Assembly (NCBI GenBank): GCA_026936335.1
Contig: JAPMXV010000031.1
Location: 248,001 to 312,000 of the forward strand
Direction: 5' to 3'
Length of the DNA stretch: 64,000 nucleotides
DNA from: Mantamonas sphyraenae STR306
Lineage: Eukaryota; Protista; CRuMs
Shown: piece after piece, positions 44,101-51,909 of the stretch
How the letters are laid out: each line of letters opens with the position of its first letter
How positions within the stretch are numbered: the stretch's first letter is position 1
The notes under the pieces: model-generated
Databases searched by the model: none
What the model was told of the DNA's origin: nothing
Seen by the model: only the letters and a program-made list of their open reading frames with translations
Made by a program: the position numbers and the translations under genes

Positions 44101-47100
44101 GTGGTAAAATCCGGCAATGTGGGGAACAGTGCATAGGGCAACGAGGCCATGTTCGGCCTGCGGATGGTCAGTCCCACGTCCGTTTCGTCCATCATGCTGG
44201 TTCGTGATGCTGCCCCGTGCAGCTCACTGCTGGCGTGCATGCGCGTGAAACCAACGTCGATGTGCTCCATGTACACTCCTTCTGCCTTGGGAAGCGCCTC
44301 AAACTTGTTCTCCACACGGATGGCACCCAGCGAGCACAAAATCCGCTCGGCGTGCTTCGCATTCCTTGGCACGATCACCTGCGGCGCCTCCACGTTCAGT
44401 TGCATCTTCATCAGACGTCCCACATCCTCGCCTGCGTATGTGGTGATCTCTTCTGCATAGTTGGCCCACGCATTGTACACCTCCAGCAGGGTACCATCGC
44501 GGAAGTACGCGGACACCGCGTCGTAGAAGCTCTGCACGTACACTGTGGTCAGCGAGCCCATTTGAAGCTCAAACAGTGAGTCAAAGCCCGGGTATCGGCC
44601 TTCCTCGTTGCGATCGTAGTTGGCGTACCGAAACTGCACGCGTTGTCCTTCGTCCATCCGTAGCACGGTGCGGTATTCGTCTGCACACTGGCCCGACGTG
44701 TCAAAGACACGCAGGTCGCCCAATTCGGCTTGCATGTCTTGTGTTTGGTCGCGCATGCGCACATCCATGCTTGCGTCGTGCATGCTCACCTCGCAGATCG
44801 GCTCCTGTTCGCTGTTCAGAAACACGGTAAACTGGTTCAAACGTGCCGTAAAGTGCACTTGCACAATGTCGCCCGGCCAGATCACATCGGTGATCACCGT
44901 GGCCGTCTCACCGTCCGTGTGCATTGTGCTGTTCACCCCGTCCAGCGACGCCTCGCTTTCGGTGCCGGAATCGGTGGAGCCCGCATTCTGCAACGGCGCC
45001 ACGGTATCGGCTTCCACTCCTGTGGCCACAGCGGCTGCGTGCTTTGGCGAGTACCAGATGTCCATCGAGGTGAACACGGCCTCCAGCACCTCGGAGAAGG
45101 AGTCCCGGTTGCAATTCAGCCACAGCGAGTCGAATTGCATGTCCACCTTCATGTCCACGTTGTCGTATCGTGGGCTATTCCTGCTCACAAAGTGGTACGA
45201 AAACGTAATCAGCTTGTCCTCTTCCGACACGGACGACGGGGTGAGACCCAGCTCCGTGCTGCCCGCACTCTCGCTCACCTCAGACACCGCCTGGTCAAGG
45301 TCCACCACAATGCCACCAGCACCGGCATTACCAGATACGCGATCCACCTGGGACGCCGCAATGTACTGGTGCTCCTCTTCGGTGGCCTCAAACAGATCTT
45401 TGATGAACAAATCCTTCAGCGAAATCGATGCTTCGGCGTCGTATGCACGCGACGTGTAGTGCAACCCCAGGCCCAGCATGTGCACTAGGGCCAACTCCTG
45501 CGACTCTTCCAGCTTGTACTTGACGCGGTCACGGTACACCACAAACGAAATGTTGTCAATGACAAAGGTGCACTCCACGTGTACCCTGTCCACCACCACG
45601 TTGACCACCCCCGATGTGTTGTTGTCTGTCCTTGACACCTCTGTCTCGGTATCCTCTTTGTCGTCGTCGTCGTCGTCGTCATTCTCCACAGGATGCATCT
45701 GCACCATCGACTCGGTCATCCAGTCATCGTCGTCATCGTCGTCGTCGTCGTCGTCATCGTTGTCATCCTCCTCGTCTGCTTCGTCTTCCTCCTCCACAAT
45801 TACGTCTGGTTTCAGCTGTTCCAACGAGTACACCGCCGAGGCCCACATTGTGCCGTCGTCGTCATCGTCGTCGCTGCTGCTGCTTCCTTCCCTGAACGGG
45901 TCACTCCCAGACGCACCCACAGCACTCACATCTGCACCCAGCGCAGTGTCATCACCCCATACGCCGTCGATGGTGTCCATGAACGCGTCAAACTTGTGTG
46001 TGTCAAAGTGAAAGTCAAGCTGACTGATGCGCGCGTTGACGCGTGTCTGTGGCAGCCGCGTGTAGTCGATGAGCACACAACGTTGCACCGTCATCTCAAT
46101 GCTAAAGTTGTCTACCAAGCACAGGTCACGGAACGCTCGCCTGTCCACCACCCCTTGGCCTTCTCGAAGCATCTGCCACTGAGGGTTGTTTGCTGGTGTC
46201 AGCAGCATCTGGATGTTCACCAGGTGCATGTCGTACGTGTCATAGTATCGCTTTTCGTCCGCCATGGCGCCGCTGCGCACTACCAGCTGGCCCAAGTCGA
46301 GCACCAGCAGCGTGGTTTCCGGATCCACGGCGTCCTGCGGAACCAAAAACCGCGGCGCGTGGATGTCCACCTGCACATCCACCGTCGTGTGGTGTGCCAT
46401 CACATACTCCAAATTCGACAGTTGCCGCTCGTAAAACGCCTCCAGGTTCTGCATGGTGATGGTCTCCAGCGTGGCGGCCGCGCGTGACTTTGCACGGAAA
46501 AAGCGCACGATGCGTTGGATGCACGACGCCGACCACACAATGTCCAACGGCTGCAAGCGACACACCAGACGCGTGTCTGCCTCGCAGTTCTGCGGCTCAC
46601 TTTCAAAGATAAAGTGAAACAAGGTGTTTGGAGGGGCTGCGATGCTCGACCGCGCAACACCTTCGTCTGCTGTCGCAAACGAGTCACTGTCGCTGGACGA
46701 CGACGTGGATGACGACGATGACGACGTGGAAGATGACGCGTGTGTCATCTCTGTGCTGCGTCCCTCCACAGAGGTCTGTTCACGCACACTCTCCAGCGTG
46801 CTCGAGTCCAGCTGCGACTTTTTGCTCGACACCATGTGTGCAAACTGCGAGTCTTGCGTGTAGTCGTCGTACACATCGAGCGATTCCAGAAACAAGCCGA
46901 GAACGTAGCCCTCCACCAGCTTTTCAAACTCCATGGCAAAGTCGCCCGACACAATGCGGATGATCGGCTCGTGCTCCGCACCGCTCAGCGCCAACGACCC
47001 CTGGTGCAAGGCAAATGTGGCACGCACCTTGACATAGTCTGGCGGTATGTGCGACTTTTCCTCCGTCTCTGCGTCCAGGTTCTCTCTGTACACCTCCTTT

Positions 47101-48617
47101 TTCTGCTCGTCAGACAATTGAACCGCGTTGCTGCTACTGCCGCCTCCGCCACCGCCGCCACCATTGCCACTTTTCTTTTTCGTGCCTGCACTGCCTGTAC
47201 TCTCTTCTTGGTAGCCAAGCATGGACCAAAAGCCCCATTCGTTCTGTGCGGCCACTGGATCGGCCTGCTCCATCATGGTGTCGACCTCCGCCTCGTCCTG
47301 GCCATCTGACGACGACGCAGGTGCATCGGCGAGCTCCTGCTCCTTTCGCAACTGTGCGCGCGCGAGTGTGCGGAAGCGGATGATGTCTTCCAGCTCGTAC
47401 TTCTCGTCCATGGTCTCGACCAGTGCCTGGGCGTAGATGATCTCCTCCTCATTGGGCAACTCCGTGCCTGCCTTTTTCGCCGCCTCCATGCGCGCCTCAA
47501 ACTTGAGGATCTCTTTGTAGTCTTCGGCGTACTTGTCCCTGTCCTTGCGGTAGGAGCGAATAAAGTTCCAGGTGGCGCGTTTGTCGCGTTCACGCATGTC
47601 AAACAGCGTGCAATTGATGGCAAATGCCCACCAGGCCGCTGGATCTGTGCGCACTGTGTCCTCGGGACGGAAGCGACGATACTTGCCTGCCAGCGCATAG
47701 TGCTTCACGTACCCGACAAACGCATTCATGTCGCGAAACTGAGCCTGGTTCATGTGCACGTTGATCTGCTGCACCACAATGTCCATGACGTACTCGGGCA
47801 CATTGAACACCTTGGCACGGTTGATGGTGGAACTCATGGAGGCGTCCACGGGCGCCATGAGATAGCTGAGCGGAGGCAATCCCTCTCCCGGTCGTGCAAT
47901 GTCGCTGCGCAGCAGCTGACACATCTGTTTGGGTGTTTCGTAGTCCAGTGGCTGCACGTCTGTTTGCCAGTACCACGCCAAGTGGCTCATTTGCACCAGT
48001 TTGTGGATGAAATCGGTGTGCTCGTTGACAAACGCCGGCTGGAAGTTGGCGTCGGTGGTCACTGCGCCCAGAGAGTCCAGAGTGAACCCCGTGCGGAAGG
48101 TGTGACCCGGTCGTGAGGTGGAATCCTCATAGCACACGTGGATGTTCTCAAACTTGACCTGCAAGTTGGCCAGAATGGTCTGCGTCAACTTGCTGGTGAA
48201 ACTTTCTTGCTGGGCTGCTTTGGTGCCCTCCTGTGCCGATGAGATGCGTGCCTGTTGCAATGCCTCAAACTCTCGCACCTTGTGCATCTTGTGCTCGTGT
48301 GCTCTGCGGTGTTCCTGCTCGGCGTCAAACTTCACTTCGTCCTGTGGACACGTGTGCAGGTAGATATCCCGAAAGGTGATGGTCACCGCCGAGCTCTGAA
48401 GCGATGCCCATGGAATGGTCATCTTGACGCCGCCAATGACACCCGCCTGTACCACCAGCGGCAGATTCAGCGTGTCCAGCGCCGAAGGACGCAGCGTCAG
48501 CGCGTTCAGCGTTAGGTTGCCGTTCCACACGGCTATGTTGAGTTTCGACACGTCGAGATCCTCCACATACTGCCCCAGATACGTCGTCAGGATGTCCGCA
48601 ACCACGGATTCAAACAT
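35184..48617 (-). CDS. VPS13: VPS13 bridge-like lipid transfer protein (4477 aa, single exon)
   Basis: Chorein N-terminus MFESVVADILTTYLGQYVEDLD..KLNIAVWNG; repeated 'i.AP.iivP' units; WEPIVEPW; VAB repeats; ALGNPVGLVSNLGTGVYEFFYEP; ATG2_C-like Gly-rich helices; C-terminal PH-like region. Confidence 0.96.
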   Translation of the reverse strand: MFESVVADILTTYLGQYVEDLDVSKLNIAVWNGNLTLNALTLRPSALDTLNLPLVVQAGVIGGVKMTIPWASLQSSAVTITFRDIYLHTCPQDEVKFDAEQEHRRAHEHKMHKVREFEALQQARISSAQEGTKAAQQESFTSKLTQTILANLQVKFENIHVCYEDSTSRPGHTFRTGFTLDSLGAVTTDANFQPAFVNEHTDFIHKLVQMSHLAWYWQTDVQPLDYETPKQMCQLLRSDIARPGEGLPPLSYLMAPVDASMSSTINRAKVFNVPEYVMDIVVQQINVHMNQAQFRDMNAFVGYVKHYALAGKYRRFRPEDTVRTDPAAWWAFAINCTLFDMRERDKRATWNFIRSYRKDRDKYAEDYKEILKFEARMEAAKKAGTELPNEEEIIYAQALVETMDEKYELEDIIRFRTLARAQLRKEQELADAPASSSDGQDEAEVDTMMEQADPVAAQNEWGFWSMLGYQEESTGSAGTKKKSGNGGGGGGGGSSSNAVQLSDEQKKEVYRENLDAETEEKSHIPPDYVKVRATFALHQGSLALSGAEHEPIIRIVSGDFAMEFEKLVEGYVLGLFLESLDVYDDYTQDSQFAHMVSSKKSQLDSSTLESVREQTSVEGRSTEMTHASSSTSSSSSSTSSSSDSDSFATADEGVARSSIAAPPNTLFHFIFESEPQNCEADTRLVCRLQPLDIVWSASCIQRIVRFFRAKSRAAATLETITMQNLEAFYERQLSNLEYVMAHHTTVDVQVDIHAPRFLVPQDAVDPETTLLVLDLGQLVVRSGAMADEKRYYDTYDMHLVNIQMLLTPANNPQWQMLREGQGVVDRRAFRDLCLVDNFSIEMTVQRCVLIDYTRLPQTRVNARISQLDFHFDTHKFDAFMDTIDGVWGDDTALGADVSAVGASGSDPFREGSSSSDDDDDDGTMWASAVYSLEQLKPDVIVEEEDEADEEDDNDDDDDDDDDDDDWMTESMVQMHPVENDDDDDDDKEDTETEVSRTDNNTSGVVNVVVDRVHVECTFVIDNISFVVYRDRVKYKLEESQELALVHMLGLGLHYTSRAYDAEASISLKDLFIKDLFEATEEEHQYIAASQVDRVSGNAGAGGIVVDLDQAVSEVSESAGSTELGLTPSSVSEEDKLITFSYHFVSRNSPRYDNVDMKVDMQFDSLWLNCNRDSFSEVLEAVFTSMDIWYSPKHAAAVATGVEADTVAPLQNAGSTDSGTESEASLDGVNSTMHTDGETATVITDVIWPGDIVQVHFTARLNQFTVFLNSEQEPICEVSMHDASMDVRMRDQTQDMQAELGDLRVFDTSGQCADEYRTVLRMDEGQRVQFRYANYDRNEEGRYPGFDSLFELQMGSLTTVYVQSFYDAVSAYFRDGTLLEVYNAWANYAEEITTYAGEDVGRLMKMQLNVEAPQVIVPRNAKHAERILCSLGAIRVENKFEALPKAEGVYMEHIDVGFTRMHASSELHGAASRTSMMDETDVGLTIRRPNMASLPYALFPTLPDFTTHVRIPNMAFDFSQRHFALLMDVGRENLYANTMVSDTLQDDGSDADAKVVQEEGTSHAGAAADRESESATSPPRDKVLSRLELEVERMEVRCTQYGFPEEHVAIACVVLDAFDMQYDTQVYEAVAQFRLADLHIEDLLEGPMYKEEQFRMVASTSPVADMHVQRPRGGGEEGEKGEVSLIRIEYHAHHDDRSPFYDEVDTSVRVHFNTIYFVCNRQTVSALMQLSFDAMDIWFDEAAQSAQDTNGQVEEMPSEAEILPNTEGAGVVALKEGGKHVKDTSDRIGFTVSFTMRAMTIRLNSEGQNIADLCMADTELSMTWRARSTQMAGQLGNFSVHDLTPAGRHHGVFLAVRKASEQVEFLYATYHPLEARMYPGFDALFRVRMPSVKLVYRNVFTLQLGAYFNDGPLLEVYNAWSQAASDSLLENGTMTKMDVMVEQPRVLLPRSSSPEGSKEVLRADMQSIAISSHFRPVDEMGVDLVAPGQRPTYDMLDQVRIDVQGLTLANMYHRYGKGMHLVKQSSLSLSIERPVLPLAPARFPNVSQVRVRLEGEQIRAYFSTLQFESVMGLWQENFGERIAEEAREPTVNAESAEAAVTSSLEGRSSTSAETVPNDYVWMHVACELDKVQVTMTEQTVDTESMTLSGQDVADVHFLGFVMAYDSHQTHDTATFKLHALSIRDLMQELRQPELGRSYVAQSQQRLRHRNESQEEQTTDEAKATAGKGDEEQSLIEVTYAAYMPDSPYFAGALMDVGVEFNQLLLTLNRPSVAMLMRIVFRATDIWFGVPVSGEAAAAVEEQEDVDVVRLKVVANLRTLAIRMQHEGLPIAEVWNSDSQLRVVRRALSMDFRARLGRMSMVDLTPQAHKHQVNLLKQVDQSQMVELEYNTMHPREQAREYPGYGSEFVLRMQSVEILYVHRLWQEVWLYLMDGVLLQPYYDWVGEGEPLPPMFPGAELMRMDIDLDQPVFVVSPDARSQHLLHASMGHISIENSFVRKAGPLRGFEPVTYEVMRVDVSNMHCVTQVSSGAERVPLVVNTDASVRLERPCVDMAQCRLMRLASVLDATVPHVGVQLNQFQYQLLLDIVDGNLSEKPIMLTSRSDDFSLYMEQSSSPSVSSTMGVASSPASPGGVRGGSAQDQAAVADEEKEGHGGEYVQLLQWHMNVHMNSLSLAIADGGFADEEVRPIAELEMLEWDAGWDTWWSGRTKLESSLLRMHISDRRNNGNQFEHLLKPLDDLGGVGNSDPQIFVHCDVGADDSVALSVVINRMRALISAPAFAAIYLFAVQPLGGDATASEPVARPAKVAGSSSTSSSSSSMARRASSSLAEEGVSLDLSQYMLGESMSLDGYLGDGRKRPSLRIKVSITDQEVCFVADEKDAQSRAIVMRTTTLAKYNSTRSPETDVQEQSLSVWITGLELFMCQPNLSVEDGHAIVHPLSITTEFESASGGLHHLGVEMENLDVRVSYKDVRMTLDIVNAFAASLGDTVDSVGRQRNVQRRSTNGNLRLEERSSSALASRSGKGKETMVMVHDTDDSSGDGGDANGKGDEDDERFEFSLECHGMSVLVINDVYGHSTPVLSVNMPVASLQADGTRRAQVCVSRWEVNASFFNFDYTAWEPIVEPWEFTVQFTTAPNPLHIVELTATRPLNVVVSEHAVASLLRTWELWKRDYYTREHDLKRAAFHSYWIENQTGMHVAYTLAEGSSETARAVVTEQLSVLVGSDMDSHVLGDQEMHLLEPGQRAALHMRDTDDILRVRQSKVGGGGVTLDRTVNVVVFRDVERRRVLATLANVPIQRVGHSSYRQGTMRFYANVALEQSSKVLSLRSAVSVHNLGDHHVSMMVARDPERDNVLELADVAPGERVFLPVTDARRGDLLLRPSDQGYGWTQGSSVIGLKGIVQRQHRLIQCLTEDMRSMAKHVYYVRFTQPEGSGRYGCEVQLLPPLVLENLLCHPMQFRVFSIHQDSGSTTEVLNGELAMGEEQCVYMVDLNMPTVVQVSVDGGAHWSTKVPVTLQQRKTVMTTDLVLDDSGSRQRYLKLEKRLRDRAGCRLMFYTQYWLVNETGLMLTYRQHEFKSTAGGQVLTKEAMRSKEPLGFGLKPDSVSRHKIQVRVNKSHWSQSFSGESTGTTGYLSVPDTTVKRTENGAEYVRCYEVAVNIASCSGKFMRSKLVRFLPAFQLVNRSGKKVMCRQSGTSLCVSVEDGATHNFHWPDNGADRQLRMRWGTEYDWSGSFSIHALGETPVKMRVKRTPHRFAVVPVHIEQGRAGTRVVFRAPSKDLIPYRVRNASGLPLKFHQKETDVVEELADGNECFYAWEEPMAPHILCVDFPQFDVHAEYQLDEIDVFRQLRINTGRNRFVRITPRVRADGPVRVLELSMAQSEGDEDGVLVSEKDGEEVVQLNMRLTVAEVGVSLMDARPRELAYLSVLGISATQSHLSNGDVLSEVRVVDMQVDNQLYTAPYATMLAPVSAVGVAGDFLHLSVVKQHQETVNHYRYCSLLMQALRVSMDSLTVLRLWRFADGIAGAVESQPTNSGSSSSSSSSSSSSSSSSSSSSEVMLGGGEEDVDGVRSYVELLQLHPIELVVNFRGVDLSEETGVNPLASVSMTLTDVEDAKVELNALMIEHAFETGEQLRARVMEHYRRNVMREMLFVMGSIDALGNPVGLVSNLGTGVYEFFYEPTKGIVEGPEEFAKGLAKGTKSLLKNTLKGTFSSASKMTGAMSKGMAAISMDAEYLQERERDNRERVGGLGSGVWQGVRGLGKGVMDGVSGLVSAPVDGAMDDGFGGFLEGVGKGLIGVVVKPAAGVLDLASKTTEGISREANRHLGDGEDVERQRRRLPKFVGRDNLVREWNARSAEGAFLLWQVKDDEDEDEVMEALGMAISGGAGEDEPVEEVYEQHWVNGHGEVVMLTSHRLLVLKTNGNVKWMVPLAAVYGVDVREGMLVVRAEVDGRFLVQRVSGDGQGMVVQVLEHLETLVRDS
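36463..36520. repeat. CTG/CTA trinucleotide tract encoding poly-Ser in VPS13
   Basis: A ctgctgctgcta... run is visible on the plus strand. Confidence 0.8.
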
Positions 48618-48756
48618 TCGTGCGCAGTTGGAGCTTTTTGTTTCCGGCGACGGCGCAGGGGTGCAGCAACCACCACCCATGACTCCAAAGATGCATTGGG
48701 AGGCAAGCGAATGGTCAATGGCCTGCCTGCGCAGGTGGATGCAAAGCAAGTTGGAG

Positions 48757-50241
48757 ATGTCGTCGCGAAAGGGAGGCGAGTTGTTGCCGGCGCAGCAAGT
48801 CAACGTGGTGTGGACGCATCTGCGGCACACCCAGTCAAACGTGTCTGCGCATGAGCTGGGTCGCATGTTAAAGGCACAGGGACTTGCAAAGCAGAAGCAT
48901 GTCGACACGTTGGCGTCGCAGGGGAAGGCATTGGAGGAGCTGCCAACCGTGTTGGTTGGCCCTGTCCACACACAAGAGGTGTCCATGAGCTTCCAGTACC
49001 TTCACAGGATGAAACGACGACGTGGAAAGTTGATGCGATTCCTTACACAAGCTCAGATGGTTGTGGTTTGCGTGCAGGCGTTGTCCGAGGCCAAACGTTG
49101 TGGCCGCGCCAAGAACTCGACCACCCTCGACGACATGCTCCTCCTCGCAAGCCAGAGTCGCACGAAACGAGTTGTATTTGTGATGGTCGGCATCGAAGCT
49201 GTCGATTGGAACCTGGAGCCGGGATTCCAGGCCGTTGAGGCCGCGCTCTTCAAAGCCGCCACAACCGCTGGGTTCACACACGTCACCCTGCTTCCTGTCA
49301 ATCGTGATGGAGTTCCGGTGATTTCAGAGACCCTGAACACGGGGTTTGCGGAAACGGGCAACACGCTGGCGGAGGAACTTGGCCGTTTGGCAGCTCCGTG
49401 CGTCTCGGACGTGGAAGACAACAAGGACAAGCCGTTGGTGATGTGTGTGCAGGATGTGATTCAAGTCAGTGGCACAGGCACAGTGCTTCTGTGCGGTGTG
49501 GTGGACGGTGTGTTGCGCAAGGGACAACTGGTGGGGATGTACCCGTCCGAACGCGTCAGCACCGTGCTCAGGATCCGCCACTTTGACCACGACTGTGACG
49601 AAGCGGCACCAGGAATGCAGGTGGGCGTGCAATTGGAGGCATTGCGAATGAGCACTGTGAAGCGGGGGTCGCTGATTGTCGATCCCTTCAACTGCACACG
49701 AAGGGTGTGCACTCGCTTCACCGGTCTCGTACGCATGTGCTCCACACAAAAGTGGCGTTTGCAGCGTTGGGAGAACCCCATGTTGGTGGTGTCGGGCATG
49801 GCCACGGAGATCCGTGTCTTGGCGTTTGAGCGCGAAATCAACTTTTTCTCGGGTCTGCCGGAGCAGCAGCAACATCCTCCCAAGTTCATTCGGGGCAAGA
49901 ATGCTGCGGCTGTGGTTGAGTTTCGCAGCACGCATGTGCCGCTGCTGCTGGAAGCGGGCTTGTCGTGCACTTTGATGGAACTGGATGAGGTCATGGGCAG
50001 CCTGGTTGTGGAAGAATTGCTGGATACGATTGACATTGGATGGAAGGATGAGATGTGGAGCCCGCAAACTCATTTGTTGCATCCAAAGGAGGTGCGCGAG
50101 GCAATCTTTGCGCTGTTGTGCTTGAACCGGCGTCTCTTTGCAGATTCAGGGGACGACGAGGCGTGTAGCACATGGCATGCCCTGCCACAAGAGGTGCTGT
50201 ATCGTGTGTTTGCACATGCGGCGGTGTTGTGGCCGTTGTGA
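48757..50241 (+). CDS. eEF1A-derived pseudo-GTPase with an F-box-like C-terminal tail, paralogue 1
   Basis: Domain II DKPLVMCVQDVIQVSGTGTV...GVLRKG...EAAPGMQVGVQL...VKRG; domain III PKFIRGKNAAAVV; no P-loop; tail WSPQTH...LPQEVLYRVF. Start chosen by alignment with paralogues (alternative ATG 48679). Confidence 0.8.
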   Translation: MSSRKGGELLPAQQVNVVWTHLRHTQSNVSAHELGRMLKAQGLAKQKHVDTLASQGKALEELPTVLVGPVHTQEVSMSFQYLHRMKRRRGKLMRFLTQAQMVVVCVQALSEAKRCGRAKNSTTLDDMLLLASQSRTKRVVFVMVGIEAVDWNLEPGFQAVEAALFKAATTAGFTHVTLLPVNRDGVPVISETLNTGFAETGNTLAEELGRLAAPCVSDVEDNKDKPLVMCVQDVIQVSGTGTVLLCGVVDGVLRKGQLVGMYPSERVSTVLRIRHFDHDCDEAAPGMQVGVQLEALRMSTVKRGSLIVDPFNCTRRVCTRFTGLVRMCSTQKWRLQRWENPMLVVSGMATEIRVLAFEREINFFSGLPEQQQHPPKFIRGKNAAAVVEFRSTHVPLLLEAGLSCTLMELDEVMGSLVVEELLDTIDIGWKDEMWSPQTHLLHPKEVREAIFALLCLNRRLFADSGDDEACSTWHALPQEVLYRVFAHAAVLWPL

Positions 50242-50272
50242 GGGAGGATGCGCACATGGAAGCAGCACTTTG

Positions 50273-51856
50273 ATGTCGATGAGTTCGTCATCGGAACAAG
50301 GTGCGGGCGAAGAGAAAGAACCGTTTCCAAATGCAAATGTCTTCTGGGCACCCTTGTGTGACAAACCGTGGCCAGGAGCAGCACGCACTTTGAGATCCCT
50401 TCTGCTGGCGAGCGAATTCCAACCGACATCGAAGCAAAAAGCGCGTCTTGACATGTTCACCAACAAGTATCCGCACCTACAGGAGCTAGGAACGTTGTAT
50501 TTCGGTCCCGTGTACTCATCCATTCGCACCTTATGTTTCCAGTACGTTCACAATCTGCTCCGGACGCCAACAAAGGCACTTCGCTTTGTGTCAAGTGCCA
50601 ACGTGGGTGTGCTGTGCGTTCGAGCGAGCGATTGTGTGGATGCAGCTGGGTTTCGCCGCAACGGTTTTGCCGGTATCACGGCACAGATGTACGTGTACGG
50701 GATTCGTTCACTCGTGGTGCTTGTGTGCGACGTGGAAGAGTTGGCGTGGAAACACGACACCTGGGACGAGCTCCAAACGGGAGTGGAAACCCGTGTGAAG
50801 AAGGCTTGCATCCAAGACTATGCCATTGTGCCTGTGGACGAAGATGGGACGCCATTGATGTCCGAAACATTGGTGGACGACTTCCAAACGATGGAGGGCG
50901 GCAAACAGGCCATTCTCGACACAATCGACTCGTTCAAAATGATGGGGGGCCAACTTCACAGACGTTCTCAGCGTCCCATGCTATCGTGTGTCCACGATGT
51001 CGTACAAGTGAGCGGATGCGGAACCGTTTTGATTTGCGGAATTGTTCAGGGCAGCCTCCGACGAGGCTCTCAGGTGGGATTGGTCCCAGCTGAGCTGGTG
51101 GCCACCGTGGACAGCATTCAGTTCTTTGGGAAGGATGTGGAGGAAGCCACCGTGGGTATGCATGTGGGACTACGGCTGGAAGGACTGCGACGGGACAAGG
51201 TGGAGCGTGGGATGATGGTGGTGGATCCCCTTGCAAAGCAGCCAATGGAGCTGTGCACTCGCTTCCGGGGCAACCTGATGGTGTGTTCTTCGTCCGGATA
51301 TCAGGGCCGACAGGCAGGGTTTCGACCCATTCTTTCTTTGGGTGGCTTTCGAACGGAGGTGAAACTCGTCAAGCTCCTTCAACTGCTTGAAAGGGGAACG
51401 TTGAAACCGATGGAAGACAATCCACAGAGGCTGCCACGCAATGCGCTGGCTTCCGTGGAAATCGAGATGGTCAGGGATCCAGCAATGCTTGTGGCGTCCA
51501 GCGACGACAATCACACACCAGCCAACTCGAATTTCATTTTGTTCGACAGAGAGATGCTGTACGCCATGGGCCGGTGTGAAGAGGTGCTCGAATCATCGCG
51601 GCCGGTGTGGAAACCCGCTGCTTGGACGCCAGAGACGCACCACCTGCACAGCAAGTCACTGAAGGACGCCTTGTTCACTCTTCTGTGCATCAACACCCAT
51701 GCTTTCTCCCTCGAGACTCACGAGGATGGGGGTGATGAAGAAGAAGTGAGCGAAGACGACGCGGACGACCCCTTCCACAGCTCCACGTGGAAGCAACTGC
51801 CACAAGAGGTGCTGTTTCGAGTGTTTGTCCATGCTGGTGTGTTATGGCCAGAGTAG
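50273..51856 (+). CDS. eEF1A-derived pseudo-GTPase with an F-box-like C-terminal tail, paralogue 2
   Basis: Same architecture; G4 region YGIRSLVVLVCDVE; domain III GFRPIL...KPMEDNPQRL; tail WTPETH...LPQEVLFRVF. Confidence 0.82.
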   Translation: MSMSSSSEQGAGEEKEPFPNANVFWAPLCDKPWPGAARTLRSLLLASEFQPTSKQKARLDMFTNKYPHLQELGTLYFGPVYSSIRTLCFQYVHNLLRTPTKALRFVSSANVGVLCVRASDCVDAAGFRRNGFAGITAQMYVYGIRSLVVLVCDVEELAWKHDTWDELQTGVETRVKKACIQDYAIVPVDEDGTPLMSETLVDDFQTMEGGKQAILDTIDSFKMMGGQLHRRSQRPMLSCVHDVVQVSGCGTVLICGIVQGSLRRGSQVGLVPAELVATVDSIQFFGKDVEEATVGMHVGLRLEGLRRDKVERGMMVVDPLAKQPMELCTRFRGNLMVCSSSGYQGRQAGFRPILSLGGFRTEVKLVKLLQLLERGTLKPMEDNPQRLPRNALASVEIEMVRDPAMLVASSDDNHTPANSNFILFDREMLYAMGRCEEVLESSRPVWKPAAWTPETHHLHSKSLKDALFTLLCINTHAFSLETHEDGGDEEEVSEDDADDPFHSSTWKQLPQEVLFRVFVHAGVLWPE

Positions 51857-51909
51857 TGTGGCCAGAGTAGTGTGGAGATGTCGCCCCTTGGGGCCAAAAC
51901 AAACTGCAG

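Noticed and set aside
48618-48986. Apparent overlap of the VPS13 ORF and the first EF1A-like ORF
   Set aside because: The conserved VPS13 start is MFE at 48617 and the EF1A-like start aligns at 48757; the extensions are shadows of each other.
51845-51875. 14-bp tandem duplication (TGGCCAGAGTAGTG x2) spanning the stop codon of EF1A-like paralogue 2
   Set aside because: Likely replication slippage; there is no inserted element between the copies, so it is not a target-site duplication.
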